A DNA stretch of 64,000 nucleotides from the NCBI GenBank assembly GCA_965213685.1, contig CBDBZY010000064.1, positions 928,001 to 992,000 on the forward strand, in the 5' to 3' direction. The DNA is from a bacterium (GTDB lineage: Bacteria; UBA8248). Below are positions 1 to 25,510 of this stretch, in pieces (positions within the stretch are counted from its first letter, which is position 1; each line of letters opens with the position of its first letter). The position numbers were made by a program, and so were the translations under genes. The notes beneath the pieces were generated by a model. That model worked only from the letters and a program-made list of their open reading frames with translations, was not told the origin of the DNA and ran no database searches.

Positions 1-165
1 CGGTGCCGTGGAGCATGCGCCTTCCGCTGGGATGGCCTGGCCGGTCACGCATGCATATGCCTATAGCGGAACACGTGGCTGTTAGTTGCCAGCATTTGTG
101 GCTGCCTATTGCCTGCAGTTGTGGCTGTCTGCCCGGATTATTTTTCTTCTTGCCGAATATCCTTT

Positions 166-2329
166 ATGGTCGACACTGAGGAGCGTGGTACCGGGACCCC
201 AACCGGCGGCGAGGTGGAAGGAGTACCCGGGACGTCAGGCGGAGTGCTGGGGATGACGCTGTCGCCGGAGCAACTGGCGCTGATCGACGGCATGATCGCC
301 GCCCGCCTCGCTGCCGCGACGGGCCATACCACTGCTCCCGACCCAGCCACCTCCGGGGCAGGAGGAGCGACATCAGCTGCGACCCCTTTTTTTTATAGTG
401 ACAAATTTGTGCCAGTGTGGCACAGCCTACAGGAAATATAGGTACAAGAGCTAATACTAATCCTGAGGCCAAAAAGAAATAGAACAAAAAAAACATACAC
501 AAAGAAAAAGGAAATGTAAAGCAACAACGGAAAGAAATAAGAGGAAAGAAAGGACACAATAATTACTGACTACAGCTGCATTATGAGTCTTTTGAACATT
601 GCTGGGGATGATAGTTCTGTTGTGTCAAAAGGGAGGTCATTCCAGCAGGTGATGGCAGAAGGAAAAAAAGAGTGCTTGAAAGAGTTTGTGTGGTACAGAG
701 GGAGAGTGAGCTGATGTTGATTTGCATGTCTGATGGCATATGGAATATTCCTGGGTTGCAATGGAGACGATGGTAGCAAAATATTACCCTTAACCATATT
801 AAATAATGTGAGCAGTTTCATCTTCTTTCTGACATTGAAACAGCATGAAAAGTGGTCAGAAAGAGACTCATAGTTAGCTCTCCATTGCTTTGACCACACC
901 CTTAAAGCAAACTGGTGAACATTCTTGATGGCTGTTTTGTCTTTGAGCAGGTGGGGACCCCAAACCACACAACCATATTCTAAGTGGGGCATAATCACAG
1001 TTTTGAACAGAACATGTAGAGTATGTACATTACAGTACGCATAGAAGTTTCGAAACAATTTCAGTCAGTTTGCTGGATTTGTTGCACTGTATTTGAATAT
1101 AATGGTTCCATGATAGATCCTCAGAAAAATTTAATCCGAGATATTTATAATGGGAAACTCTTGTAAGTGGTTGGCACTCTCCAGTATATATGTTAGTTGT
1201 AGGAACAGTTGGATGTGACTTCCTGGAGAACAACATGTAACAACTCTTCTGAGAATTCAGAGTGAGGTGATTGTTGGTAACCCAGGTACGATACCTGGTA
1301 AGTTATCATTCGCAGTTACGCTGTAGGCAGCCAGTAATGGCCCGATTGTTTTGTCTCGTTCGCTGTGTTTTTGTCTCGGCTGGCGCCGGGTCCCGGTCTC
1401 CGGGTCCCACCACCAACCGACTGATGGGGTCGTTCATACCCAGTTCTTTGTCTTTGCTTTTCAGGCTCGCTGCCGGTGTTCTCATCAGCGACTCTGCCGT
1501 CCACTGACGGTGGAACGGCTGTGGGGTCTTCTGGCCCCGCCCTCGTGTGGCCGACGGCTGTCTCTTCTGTCCCGAGTGGACCGGCCCCCTCAACAGCCGA
1601 TTTGGCACGCTTGCCGGGGTTCGGCTCTGTTCCCCCGAAGCTCGTGAAGAGAATTGTGGAGGAGTTTGTCGATATCTGGGAGCTCCTCCCTGAGTCATGG
1701 CAGCTAGAGTCCGAAGGCACCTGCTGCCACTCGAAGCGGCTGCGCCGCAGCCTGGTCACGGACATCGGTCTGTGGACCCAATGTTACGCCACGATGGCCG
1801 CGATTCTCTCATCCGCCTATCCCGAGAAGGCCCCCCATCTCTTCGCCTACCTGCGAACGGTCACAAAGGCAAGTCGCACGTTCGAAGGGTCAGCGTGGGC
1901 CTCCTATGATGTAGCCTACCGCCTGCAGGCAGCGAATCGTGGCTCCCTCGACTGGGGTGTTGTCGACCCCGCCTTGTACAATGAGGCCTTCGCTGGCCGG
2001 GCTAAGGTGGTGCCTCGATGTCGGTACTGCCTGGCCGACACACATGGCTCCCAGGAGTGTCTTCACTCGCCACTGGACGGGCCTGGTGGGAGCGTTACCC
2101 CGGTCGATGGCCGTGCTCCGCGCCCACAGCGCACCCGGCCGGGAGTTGCCGGGAAGATCATCTACGTCGGCCGCAATGCCGATACGCCCACCTCTTCTCT
2201 AAGTGCCGACGCCCACACCCACAGGCCGAGTGTGAAGAAGGGCACAGGCAGCAGCTTCCCACCATGCCTCCGGCTTCTCCCCAGTCCGTCCCCCGGGGGC
2301 CCTCGGGAGTTCCTAACCAGACGGCCTAG
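166..2329 (+). pseudogene. gag-like ORF1 of the YR retrotransposon: leader exon (166-384 + 1282-1297, split by a LINE), intron 1298-1464, main exon from 1465
   Basis: Removing the LINE gives GCG ACC CCA GGT ACG ATA CCT G|gtaagt. Acceptor ttgcttttcag|GC restores the frame of ORF 1476-2363. The zinc-knuckle-like C-terminus (CRYAHLFSKCRRPHPQAEC) lies in another frame after a lesion near 2155. Confidence 0.75.
387..1281 (-). mobile_element. 5'-truncated LINE (CR1/L2-like) 3' fragment inserted in gag
   Basis: ORFs 1030-1236 and 570-1058 contain KYLGL..LSWN, PHLEYGCVVW and SFFPSAITCWNDLP. Poly(A) at 387-394; ccc duplication/microhomology at the junctions. Confidence 0.9.
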
Positions 2330-2454
2330 TCTTCTCCCATTCCGGAGAGACTGCCATGGATGACTGCGAGGCCCCCAGAGCCGGAATTATTGTGTTCATT
2401 GTTACCTTGCTATTCTGCTTGTGTTATCAGCTATTGCATCTTGCTCTCCCACAG

Positions 2455-3465
2455 GCGCGTACGCATATACGGGGGACCTAGTAGCATTGAATGGGGAGGG
2501 TCCGGATAACCCCTCGCCGAGCGACCCCGCCCTGCAGCTAATATCATCACCTCTCACTAGTCGACTGCAGCAGTGGCGGGAGAGGCTCTCCCCTCACCCG
2601 GATCAAGTGTTCGTTAACTATGTGCTGGGGGGGCTCGAGCATGGTTTCCGCATTGGCTACCGGGGTGGTATCCGGCTGACCGCGGCAGCGGGTAACCTGC
2701 ATTCAGCGAGGATGCATCCGGAGGTGATTGACAACTATATCTCCGCAAAAGTCAAAGGGGGCAGAATGCTAGGTCCGTTTCGCCCAGGTGCGATCTCGCG
2801 TCTCCACTTGAGTCGCATGGGCGTGATCCCCAAGAGCCACACCCCTGGCCGTTGGCGGCTGATTACTGATCTGTCCCACCCCGAGGAGTAATCAGCCGCC
2901 AACGTTAATGACGGAATCCGACCAGAGCTGTGCTCCCTCAAGTACACCTCCGTCGAGGCTGTCGCGGCGATTGCCTCCCGACTCGGCAGGGGGGCTCTGT
3001 TGGCCAAGCTGGATATAAAGTCGGCCTACCGTCTGATTCCTGTACACCCATGCGACCGGCACCTCCTCGGCATAGAGTGGAGGGGCGCCCACTACGTCGA
3101 CCCGTTCGGCCTTCGTTCGGCCCCTAAAGTATTTACTGCCGTGGCAGACGCTCTACACTGGGCCATTGTACGTGAAGGGGTGCCGATAGTTGACCACTAC
3201 CTCGACGATTTTATTACGCTGGGCCCACCAGACTCTGCGGAATGCCAGTAAAACCTCGACAGAATACTGTCTGTTTGCGCCGACCTGGGTGTTCCCCTAG
3301 CGTTGGCAAAGCTCGAGGGCCCGTCACACCGTCTGACATTTCTTGGCATCGAGCTGGATACGATGGAGGGCGTACTGCGCCTCCCCCAGGATAAGCTGTG
3401 CCGCCTGAGAGGTCTCCTGGCCCAGTGGTTGCAACGTAGAGTGTGCCGCCGTCGTCAGCTCTTCT
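2455..3465 (+). pseudogene. Reverse transcriptase of the YR retrotransposon (two in-frame stops; RNase H region apparently deleted)
   Basis: ORFs 2421-2891, 3000-3251 and 3303-3488 share one frame, with stops at 2889 and 3249. Motifs WRLITDLS and YLDDF. The sequence jumps from RRVCRRRQL directly to the YR N-terminus. Confidence 0.9.
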
Positions 3466-3481
3466 TCGCTACTGTGAGATC

Positions 3482-4725
3482 GGTTTAGCCTAGTCGACGC
3501 GGAGGACTTACCGCTCTGGATTGAACCGTTTTCTGTCTTTTTGTACTGCATACGGGGTACCGACCCCTTTTCCGGTGTCTGAGACCCTCTTATGCTACTT
3601 TGTCGCATCGCTAGCGCGGGACGGCATTGCGCCGGCTACCATAAGAAACTATCTGGCGGCGGTTCGACACGCCCAGATTGTACTAGGTCTCCCTGAGCCT
3701 CGAGAATCCTCTACCTTACCCCGCCTCAGGCTCGTCCAGATTGGGGTGTTAAGGGAGGGCGAGTCATGATTGCGTTCTTCGTCAATTACTCTACCGTCGC
3801 TTTCCCCCTACATTTACCAACGCTAAAACGACAGCAATTATTTGGCGCGGTTGCAAATTCGCTGGGAAAAAATTTACTCCCCTTTGGCGAGCATCCACCT
3901 CTTCACCGGTTGGCGCCACACAGCGCCGCACGTCCAACGGTAGCGGGAAATATGAATTTTTCCCAGCGAATTTGCAACCGCGCCAAAGAATTGCTGTCGT
4001 TTTAGCGTTGGTAAATGTAAGGGGAAAGCGACGGTAGAGTAATTGACGAAGAACGCAATCATGACTCGCCCTCCCTTAAGGGAGCACGCGAGTTCGGGTA
4101 CCGCGGTAGCAACCAGACTCCCTATTACGCCGGTCCTCCTCCGCCTCCTGCGCCCGACGGGGGTGTCGAGAGGTTACGACGAGTGCCTTCGGTGGGCGGC
4201 GGCGTCTCTGTGCTTTTTTGGGTTCTTCCGCGCTGGTGAGATCACAGTCCGACGGTGTCTGCCTTCGATGAGGCAGTCCATCTCTCCTGGGGCGATGTGT
4301 CAGTGAGCGAGGATGGCCGCACCCTGCGAGTGTTCCTGAAGCGCACCAAAACTGACCAGCTAATGAGAGGTACCGAGGTCTACGTCGGCACTACCGCGAA
4401 CGACCTCTGCCCGGTCACGGCCATTCGAGATTACGTTGCCCGCAGGGGCGTGTCCCCTGGAGCTTTCTTTCGCCTCGCAGACGGAACCCCGCTGACGAAC
4501 GTGGAGCTGGTCCGGCAGGCGTTATCCCGAGCTGGCGTCTCAACCAGCGGCTACTCGGGCCACAGCTTCCGTATCGGAGCTGCTACGGCGGCGTTTCAGG
4601 CCGGGGTTCCAGACTCAGTCATCCAAGCCCTTGAACGCTGGGCCAGCCCCGCCTTTCTACGCTATATTCGAACCCCGCGGGGGCACCTGGCGCAGTACTC
4701 GTACGCCTTGGTGCCAAGGAACTGA
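3482..4725 (+). pseudogene. Tyrosine recombinase of the YR retrotransposon
   Basis: GLA*STRRTYRSGLNRFLSFC N-terminus and R-HxxR-W-Y catalytic residues. Stop at 3491, MITE at 3753-4075 (removal restores GVLREHA), frameshift near 4250. Confidence 0.9.
3753..4075. mobile_element. Kolobok-like non-autonomous element, palindromic derivative
   Basis: TTAA on both sides (3749-3752, 4076-4079); termini GGGAGGGCGAGTCATG...CATGACTCGCCCTCCC; same family at 39678 and 52004. Confidence 0.8.
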
Positions 4726-4985
4726 ACTCGTCTTCTTATGTGCTGTTGTTGTTGTTGGTTGTTGTTGTGAGATATATACTGTAATAGTCACGCCTCGAAG
4801 GCCGTAGACGCATGACTCTGCGCTATTAGGGTGTCTTGGGGGGGTGAACCCCTCCCACTCCTTGGGCAGGGGCGGAGCCTCACGCCGGGAAGGCTCCACC
4901 CACCTGGGGGGAATACCCCCGTTGACACGCCGACCATAGATATTTACCTTAGGTACGGGATTGGAAGCATGAGATTAACCCGAAA

Positions 4986-5672
4986 CACTCCTCGTTGTTC
5001 ACGGAAGTGATAAATGGGGTAGCCGGTATATAGGAAACAGGGAAGAAGACAGATTTGTCTTGGTTTTCTCCGTTTACTGGTTTTAGCTTCGAGACAAGAC
5101 TAGACAAGACAACGGTATATGTGGGCTATCACGGACACGTGCGGTGCGCGAGGGGAGGAGGTACTTTTGTGTACCTGCTGCGTCCTCGGAGAGACAGCTA
5201 TGGCCAAGCATTCTCGCTTTATACGTTCGACAATGTCAACTATGTGTCGTGGTGCATAGTACACGGGGCGTCTGTCATCATGTTGAGTGCAAACACTGAT
5301 ATAGCTCTCCTCTAGCACGAACTGTCAACACTCATGTACTCCAACATGAAGACAGAGGCCCCACGCACAGTACACCACGACACATAGTTGACATTGTCGA
5401 ACGTGTAAAGCGAAAAAGCTTGGCCATAGCTATCTCTCCGAGGACGCAGCAGGTACACAAAGGTACCTCCTCCCCTCGCGCACCACACGTGTCCGTGATA
5501 GACGACGCATGTTGTTAAGCCTAAGGCCTATGTCCGTTCCCTCACTTGTTGAAGTATAACAATAGTCTTGTCTCGAAGTTGGAAGCAGTAAACCAAACGA
5601 AATCACCAGTTTCCCTCTTCTTTCCTAACCGATGCTTAAAACATTCCACTTCCGGGAACAACTAGGAGTGTG
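4986..5672. repeat. ~690-bp imperfect foldback (MITE-like) element
   Basis: Ends ACACTCCTcGTTGTTCaCGGAAGTG / CACTTCCGgGAACAACtAGGAGTGT; arm ~5125-5285 is the reverse complement of ~5343-5502. Confidence 0.8.
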
Positions 5673-6771
5673 TCAGGCGATAATGTACAGAGTGAACGGG
5701 CGCACGTGATCTGCTATGCGCCGACTGCCATAACGCAGCCCAGTCCTCTGGCCATACCCAAATGGCCCCCAATCGCTGGGTCCATGACATACGATGGGAA
5801 TGGTGGTTAGAGGGTGGGACTGGGCTATCTAGAGGAAGGTAGGTTAACTTAATACAAATTTTGCTGCACCACTTATTTTTACAAACCACAGGCCCAGAGG
5901 CCGAGGAGGGCCGACAGCGTCACGTGAGTCCCGCGAAATTGCTTGCCCATAGAAACACGGTTTCCTGGTGTGTCCATACTGCTTGAGGTACAAGCCTGGG
6001 TTTTATACTGCAGAAGTGCTATGAGGTGCGAAGACGATTGAGGCCTGGAACCCCGCGGAACCTCACCGGCGACGCAGGAGCCGAGTCAGTATGTGTTCTA
6101 CCTGGCCCACGCCCACACAGGTGCCTGCATCCACGGACAGGCGACCATGACGCTATCAAGGAACCCCCACGAGACCATAGCCATCTCTGCTTCTAGGAGC
6201 TTACGCACGCTGTCTTCACCCTTGTAGTCAGTGCCTCGTAACCAGGGCCCCTCCCACAATGGGAGGGGCCTGGGCGTGAGGAATTCATTATTGTACGTTA
6301 CGTCACTTCCTGTCGGACTCGCCGGCGCCACAGGCCGTCACACCTTTAGAGCAGTTGGGAACGGAATCAGGACAGTGGGCAGCGCCAATGGCTGTCATGT
6401 ATGTGCATATGGTGCATAGTAACCAAGTTTGCGTAAAACAATTGGGTTGACCTAGCACAGTGCGAGTGAGAGACTGCATCCACCATCCATGATTGCTATC
6501 AATGGTGAGTGTGTAAGACAGAGAGTTAGCACCAGAACTACGACATGCTGTACATAAACCATAGATAAGGGAGCTTTGAATTCCTATGCATAAACACCGT
6601 AGCTGCAGGTAGATTCTATATAAAACAGTAGCACTGTGACTGTCGTAGCTATTCATAATGTAGCGTAGTTGTACATTATCTTTACCCTCTACCGGCAATG
6701 GAACGCCAGCAGATCGTGCTCATCCTTGAGCTAGTAGCTACCACCTGTGTTGACCACTCACCGTGACAATC

Positions 6772-13148
<6,377 letters not shown>

Positions 13149-13595
13149 TTGTGAACATGCATACTGTGAGATCACACTGTCCAAATGATTTGTTTTGATG
13201 ACTGATGTGCATAGCAATGTTCTGTCAAATATGGAATGTAAACACTCAGACCATGGTCATAGGCAATGTACATAGTATGTGCATGGAGGAGTGAGTTTCA
13301 TGGTAGTGTGGGAAGTGCTAAGATACATATATACTAGCTGTATGTGTATGATGCATGAACAAGTGCAAAAAGTGACAATGTTTGTGTTGTACACTGTACA
13401 GTGTCAAAACTGTAGTTTGTTGAGTAGCCTATATAGTTCCCAGGCGTTGGTTGGGGCCAAGTACTAGGCTGTGGATAATGTTGCTTCGTGTAGAATGAGG
13501 TCAAAATGAATCACTATGGCACAACAATACACAGTCATATAATGATATCGGGTTAAAATCATGCATGAGGCAGAGGAGACACCATGCACAATGCT

Positions 13596-20245
<6,650 letters not shown>

Positions 20246-20651
20246 CTGAAAGAATAGAAAGTACCAACGGTTATTTAGAGTACATTAACATGTACATGTA
20301 CAATGGAAATACTAGGCTTTGTACTCATTGCCACTTCATTGCAGGCCCGTACGCAGGGGGGGTTCGGGGGGGTTTGTACGAACCCCCCTTTCTGCAGGCA
20401 TACCCTTAATTACCGTTAGAACAGAACTCCGGGAAGCTTCACCTCACGCCCGGCGAATTCTACATGGACCAGTTCACAATGCGCAACGGGGCTACGCTGA
20501 TTACCGCTCAGTTCTGGGATCGATGAACTGTGAAGCCGCAGGGCCGGCCATGGCCGCCCCAGTTTGTGGCCCCCTCCCCCAAAATTACGATATTACAGTG
20601 TCGCGATCGGCGCTGCCAGGCGATTATCGCGTCGTATGCGCATGCAGATTC

Positions 20652-23600
20652 TTTTTTTTTTGTTTTTTTTTTTGTATAACACTTTTTGATATGCAAATAC
20701 AAAATACCAAAGGATATACAAAATAGCAGATGCTAATGAATGGTATACCCTATACATAAGTTACTATAAATTTAATCTACACAGTACCTATACACATACA
20801 TGTACTGAGTGCAGGTAATCCAAAAGTAGTTTCTTGAACTGAGAAAGTGTTGGGGCCTGCACAATATGTTAGGGGAGGTTGTTCCACAAAGAACACAAAA
20901 GTGGGATGAAGGATGTATACATGTACTGAGTGCAGGTAATCCAAAAGTAGTTTCTTGAACTGAGGAAGTGTTGGGGCCTGCACAATATGTAGGGGGAGGT
21001 TGTTCCACAAAGAACACAAAAGTGGGATGAAGGATGGTTTGAAAGCATTAGAATGAGAAAAAGGCTGAACTAGTTTAAGACATGAGGTAGATCTTATTGA
21101 AACAGGTTTCTTGAAATGCAATATGTTTGGAGGGAAGAACATCTGGTTGTGAATGATCTTGTAGAAAGTACATAAGCTCAAATATTCCCGCCGTGCAGCC
21201 AAAGTCAGGATCTTGGAGTTCAGAAGCAAATCTCCATAAGAAAGATCCCACTGTCTAGTACATATACGAAGTGCCATTTTTTGAGTGTTTTCCAACTCAT
21301 CAATGTTCTTCTTTAGGTGTGGGTTCCACTTCCACACCTGGCTTGCATACTCCATATGTGGATGAAAAATTGAGGAATAGAGTTTCATGAACTGTTGTGG
21401 ATTTACAAGCCCATAAAATTGTCTGTACAGCAATCCCAGTAGTTTACGTACCTTTCGAGCAGTGTTATGAATGTGTTCTGACCAGGATAGGGTTGAAGTG
21501 ATGGTTACACCCAAATATTGAAACTCATGTACTCTTTCAATTTCTGTTGCTCTGATGGTTAAGACAGGTGGCTCTGCTCTCAGTTTTTTCTTGTTGGAGA
21601 GAATCATGTATTTGCTTTTCTGTCCATTGAAGTTTAAATGTTTGCTGTCCGACCATTCGTTGATTAAGTTTAGGTCTTCCTGAAGTTGTAAAAAGTCAGA
21701 GTTAGACTGAAGAACTTTATATAGTACAATATCATCAGCATACAGGACCAGTTTGGAACTGGAAGATAGTTTCAAGGTGCTGATGTCATCAATGAACATG
21801 ATAAAGAGCAACGGGCCCAGCACTGAGCCTTGCAGCACACCAGAGACTGCAGGTAATTCAGGTGAAGTCACTCCGTTGACTACAACTCGTTGGATCCGGC
21901 CACGCAGGTAACTGCAAGTTCATCTGAGGATTGCTGGACTGAGTTTCAATTCCTGAAGTCTACTAAGGAGACACCAGTGGGAAACTGAGTCAAACGCCTT
22001 TTTGAGATCCAGAAAAACCGCGCAAATTTCCCTGCCTGAATCAAGGTTTTGTAACCAATGATTTGTTACATTTAGTAGAGTGGTGGTGGTAGACTAGTGG
22101 GCCTGAAACCCCCATTGGAGGGGTGATATAGGATGATGAGTCTGGAGAAAGTCAGTTAGAACACGATGGACATACTGTTCAAGGACTTTTACTTAAAACT
22201 GGCAGTAATGATATTGGTCGATAGTTCGAAGGACTTGAGAAGTTTTTGGACTTTGGTATGGCAACTACATTAGACTGTTTCCAGAGAGTTGGAAAACAAC
22301 CCAATTTTAGTGATTGGTTGAATAACAGAGTCACAGATGGTGCAATAGAAGAGGCAGTGGCTTTAAGCATGCGAGCAGAGATATTGTCAGGACCATTAGC
22401 TTTAGATACATCAAGATTACTCAGAAGTTGGAGGACTTCTTCCTCTGAACACAAAATTTTGTCATGGAACTCTCCCACCTTCTCAAGTCGATCCATGTCA
22501 GAAAAGTCCATGGGAGGTGTAGAGTAATTGAAGCATTGAGAAAAGAACTCATTGAGCACTTCCGCTTTTTCACTATGAGTATGTGCTTCAGTACCATTCA
22601 ATGATAGAGTAGGTAGTGAGCTGTTTTTCCCTTTGGTAACATGTTTGATGGCACTCCAAAACTTTTTAGACCCTGAGAGGCTCAACTTCTGTAGATAGTC
22701 CTTTTTAGCATGACGTAGCATGCAAATTGACATTGTTTCTGCACTTTTTGTATTTCTGATATACTCTGTTATCACCAGTGGTTTTAGCCTTCCTAAACAG
22801 AGTGTTTCGTTTTCGCATGGCTTGCAGTATTTTCTTTGTTAACCACGGAAAGTTTTTCCTTTTGGGTAGCCTGACTTTAGGGATACATTGCACCATAATT
22901 TCCATAAACTTGTCTTGCCACTTGGCCAATGAAACATCCATGCCCTCTGCCATCAGATCTTCCCAGTCTGTAGAAATAATGAGATCATTGGCCCTGTCAA
23001 AATCCGCTAGATCATACCTCCAGATTTCTCTTTGACTTCCTTCATCCTGAGGTGGAAGTGACGTTACTGAGGTGGAAATTTGCAAGTCAATGCCATTGTG
23101 GTCTGATGAAGCCAAAGGTGGAATAGTGTTACAGAAATTTAATAATGAAGGAGTGGATAGAAATACAAGATCTATTAGAGAATCCCTGCCCTGGGGGTTT
23201 GTGTGAGTGGCTGAATTAACAATTTGAACAAGTGAAAAAGGAGACATGCATGACAATAAACGGCGGTATAAAAATGAAGAGGTACAAAAATAATTAATAT
23301 TAAAATCTCCAAGTAATACAAAACAGTTACGAAAAGCAGATGGGTCTAGGGAATATAAAGCCGTACAAAGATTATCAAAAGTATCACATTTAGAAGAGGG
23401 TTGACGGTAAAAGAGACTGATACAACAATTTGAAACAAAATGAGAAAGCGATACAGAAATAATCATCAATTCTAAGTTCCTAAAACCACAAGATAAAACC
23501 TTAACAGACAAAGAACAATGCACATACATCAGTATGCCTCCACCATGGCGATTTCTGTCCAGCCTGTGTATCTGATAATCACCAATTGATATCTCATTGT

Positions 23601-25510
23601 CTTCTATGCTTTCAGATAACCATGACTCGACAATGCAGATAATGTGAGGGGATTTTTGCTCAACCAATGCTCTCAGTTCATCAATCTTGGGCAGCAGACT
23701 TCTGGCATTGAAATACAGAATGTTTAATGGAAGTGACCCAACTTCCCTACATTCTGAGCTAGCACCCAACATGATTGAATTATGGAAGTTGTCACAAGAA
23801 GTACTATCAGTATCAGTAGGAGAGCTTACGCCCTGCATGGAAAGTTGAACATTATCTACTTGTGGTCTAAAAAAGGTTGTAGAGTAGGTGAACGGTGACT
23901 GAAAACAATTTCTGCTTCATGTGCTGAAATGTCTAAAGCAACTGCAGGTGAGTTTGAAACTGAGGCTGCTTGAGGATGTTTAGATACAGGCAAAGGAGAA
24001 GGCTCAGAGGGAGAGACACTAGAACCGTCAGGGACAGTCTCTTTGGGGGCAAAGCAGGACTCCAAACTCCATGCTATCTGTATCTTTACTGCTGGCCATT
24101 GTTCGTCTAGAAGAGCTAAGATTTCTTCAGGACCATGTACAACAAACCACCACCTTGTTTTGTTTCCATTGGTTCTAAACTTGCGTCTCACTTGGAGAAC
24201 CTTAGGAAGGTCTGGGCAAAGCATGAAAATTGCATTTTTAATCACAATAGCAGAACAGCTTTTCATTGTGCCCCAAATTCTTCGTTCACCAGGGACCTTT
24301 GTTCAGTTGCTAACAAAGCTGGAAACATTGACACCCTCGCCCACACCCCTGCTGCCACCGCCTACACCCCTACTGCCACCACCCACACCCCTACTGCCAC
24401 CACCCACACCCCTGCTGCCACCACCCACACCCCTACTGCCACCACCCACACCCCTGTTGCCACCACCCACACCCCTGCCCACACTCCTTCCACCACTCAC
24501 ACCACTTCCCTTTTTCACTGGCTCAATTTCTTCAGTTTCTTTTCCCTTCCCCTTCCCCTTCCTCACCACTTCCGTCCATGCACCACCCTCTAAATCTTTG
24601 GGCTTGCAGGAACTCATCACTGAGGTACTGGTGGCTTGTCCTGGATGAGGAAGTGCAGTGCTCAAGTTGGACACAGATTCTTTCAGTTGAGCAACTTCCG
24701 TCTTAAGGGATGCAACTGTATCCTGCAGGCTTAACACAAATTGCTGCAGGTCTGGTAGACAATGGTAAGCTTTCAAAGTCTCTTTCATGCACTGTGTGCA
24801 AATCCAGGGCATACCACTGTCTTGAAGTGCTTGATATAACTCATCGCCGACGCCAACACAGCACGCATGCGCCCATTGCTTATGGTGTTCCTCGCACCAC
24901 AGTGCTTGCTCACCGTCGTCTTTCAAGGTCGCCTCACGAATACCTTGGTTGCAAACAAAGCATGAGTTGCTGGAACTGGTCAGAGTCGCGGCAATCAAGG
25001 GCTCACTGCCTTCCACCGACTGCGCTGCTCCCATCCTGACATCACTGCTCGAGGGCTGTATGGAGGACCATACGGTGGGGTCTTGGCTCCGAGGCCCACT
25101 CCGGCCAGTCTCGCCAGTCTTGGTAGCCCTGCCAGTCTTGGTAGGAGTAGGCAACACATGTAGTGACGGCAGTAGCGCCTTGGGAGAAACAGCGTTAACA
25201 TTTCTCTTCTTGGACTGCGACATCTCACTACTTCTTGTGCCAGGAAAGTTGCCGAAATCCAAACGTCTCTGTTCGTATTGCAGACTGTCAGGGCAATCTT
25301 TAGTAGCCGCTCCAACTTTCAATGCTCGCTCGTCAGACTGTCTGAGCCTTAGTATTTCAGTTTGTAGTAAATCAACACGGCTACACACCTCAGCTACGTA
25401 CGTTTCTATGTTTCTTGTCACGTTTCCAGACGCAAAAGCGCATGGATGCTGACTTCCAGAGTTTTCTCTCTTTCAGAGAGTACGCTATCTTCGCAGCCGC
25501 TTTCACCTCT
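20652..25510 (-). mobile_element. Near full-length LINE (CR1/L2 group): ORF1 PHD plus coiled coil, ORF2 APE-RT, frameshifted
   Basis: ORF1 PHD (CFVC...WCE.HHKQWAHACC...WICTQC) in 24303-25421 plus 23856-24266. APE motifs NARSL, ESWL, GDFN, IDLVF, SDH. RT motifs YRPISLL, QGSVLGP, YADD, YLG. A-rich tail at 20652-20673. Confidence 0.93.
24341..24480 (-). repeat. 21-bp tandem repeat encoding (GVGGGSR)n in LINE ORF1
   Basis: About 6-7 copies of cccacacccctactgccacca. Confidence 0.95.

Larger units (their letters stand above)
1..4985 (+). mobile_element. Tyrosine-recombinase retrotransposon (Ngaro/DIRS-like), decayed; 5' end probably outside the window
   Basis: gag-like ORF (WASYDVAYR...YNEAF, Cys/His motifs), RT motifs (KLDIKSAYR, PFGLRSAP, HYLDDF, FLGIELD) and YR motifs (FFRAGE, GHSFRIGAAT, RW, RYI) in the order gag-RT-YR. 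Interrupted by a LINE and a MITE. Confidence 0.92.

Noticed and set aside
5887-6280. GC-rich segment with weak inverted ends
   Set aside because: The TIR match is poor and no TSD is visible; it could simply be promoter-proximal sequence.
24043-24648. Plus-strand proline-rich (extensin-like) ORF
   Set aside because: Antisense reading of the LINE ORF1 minisatellite.
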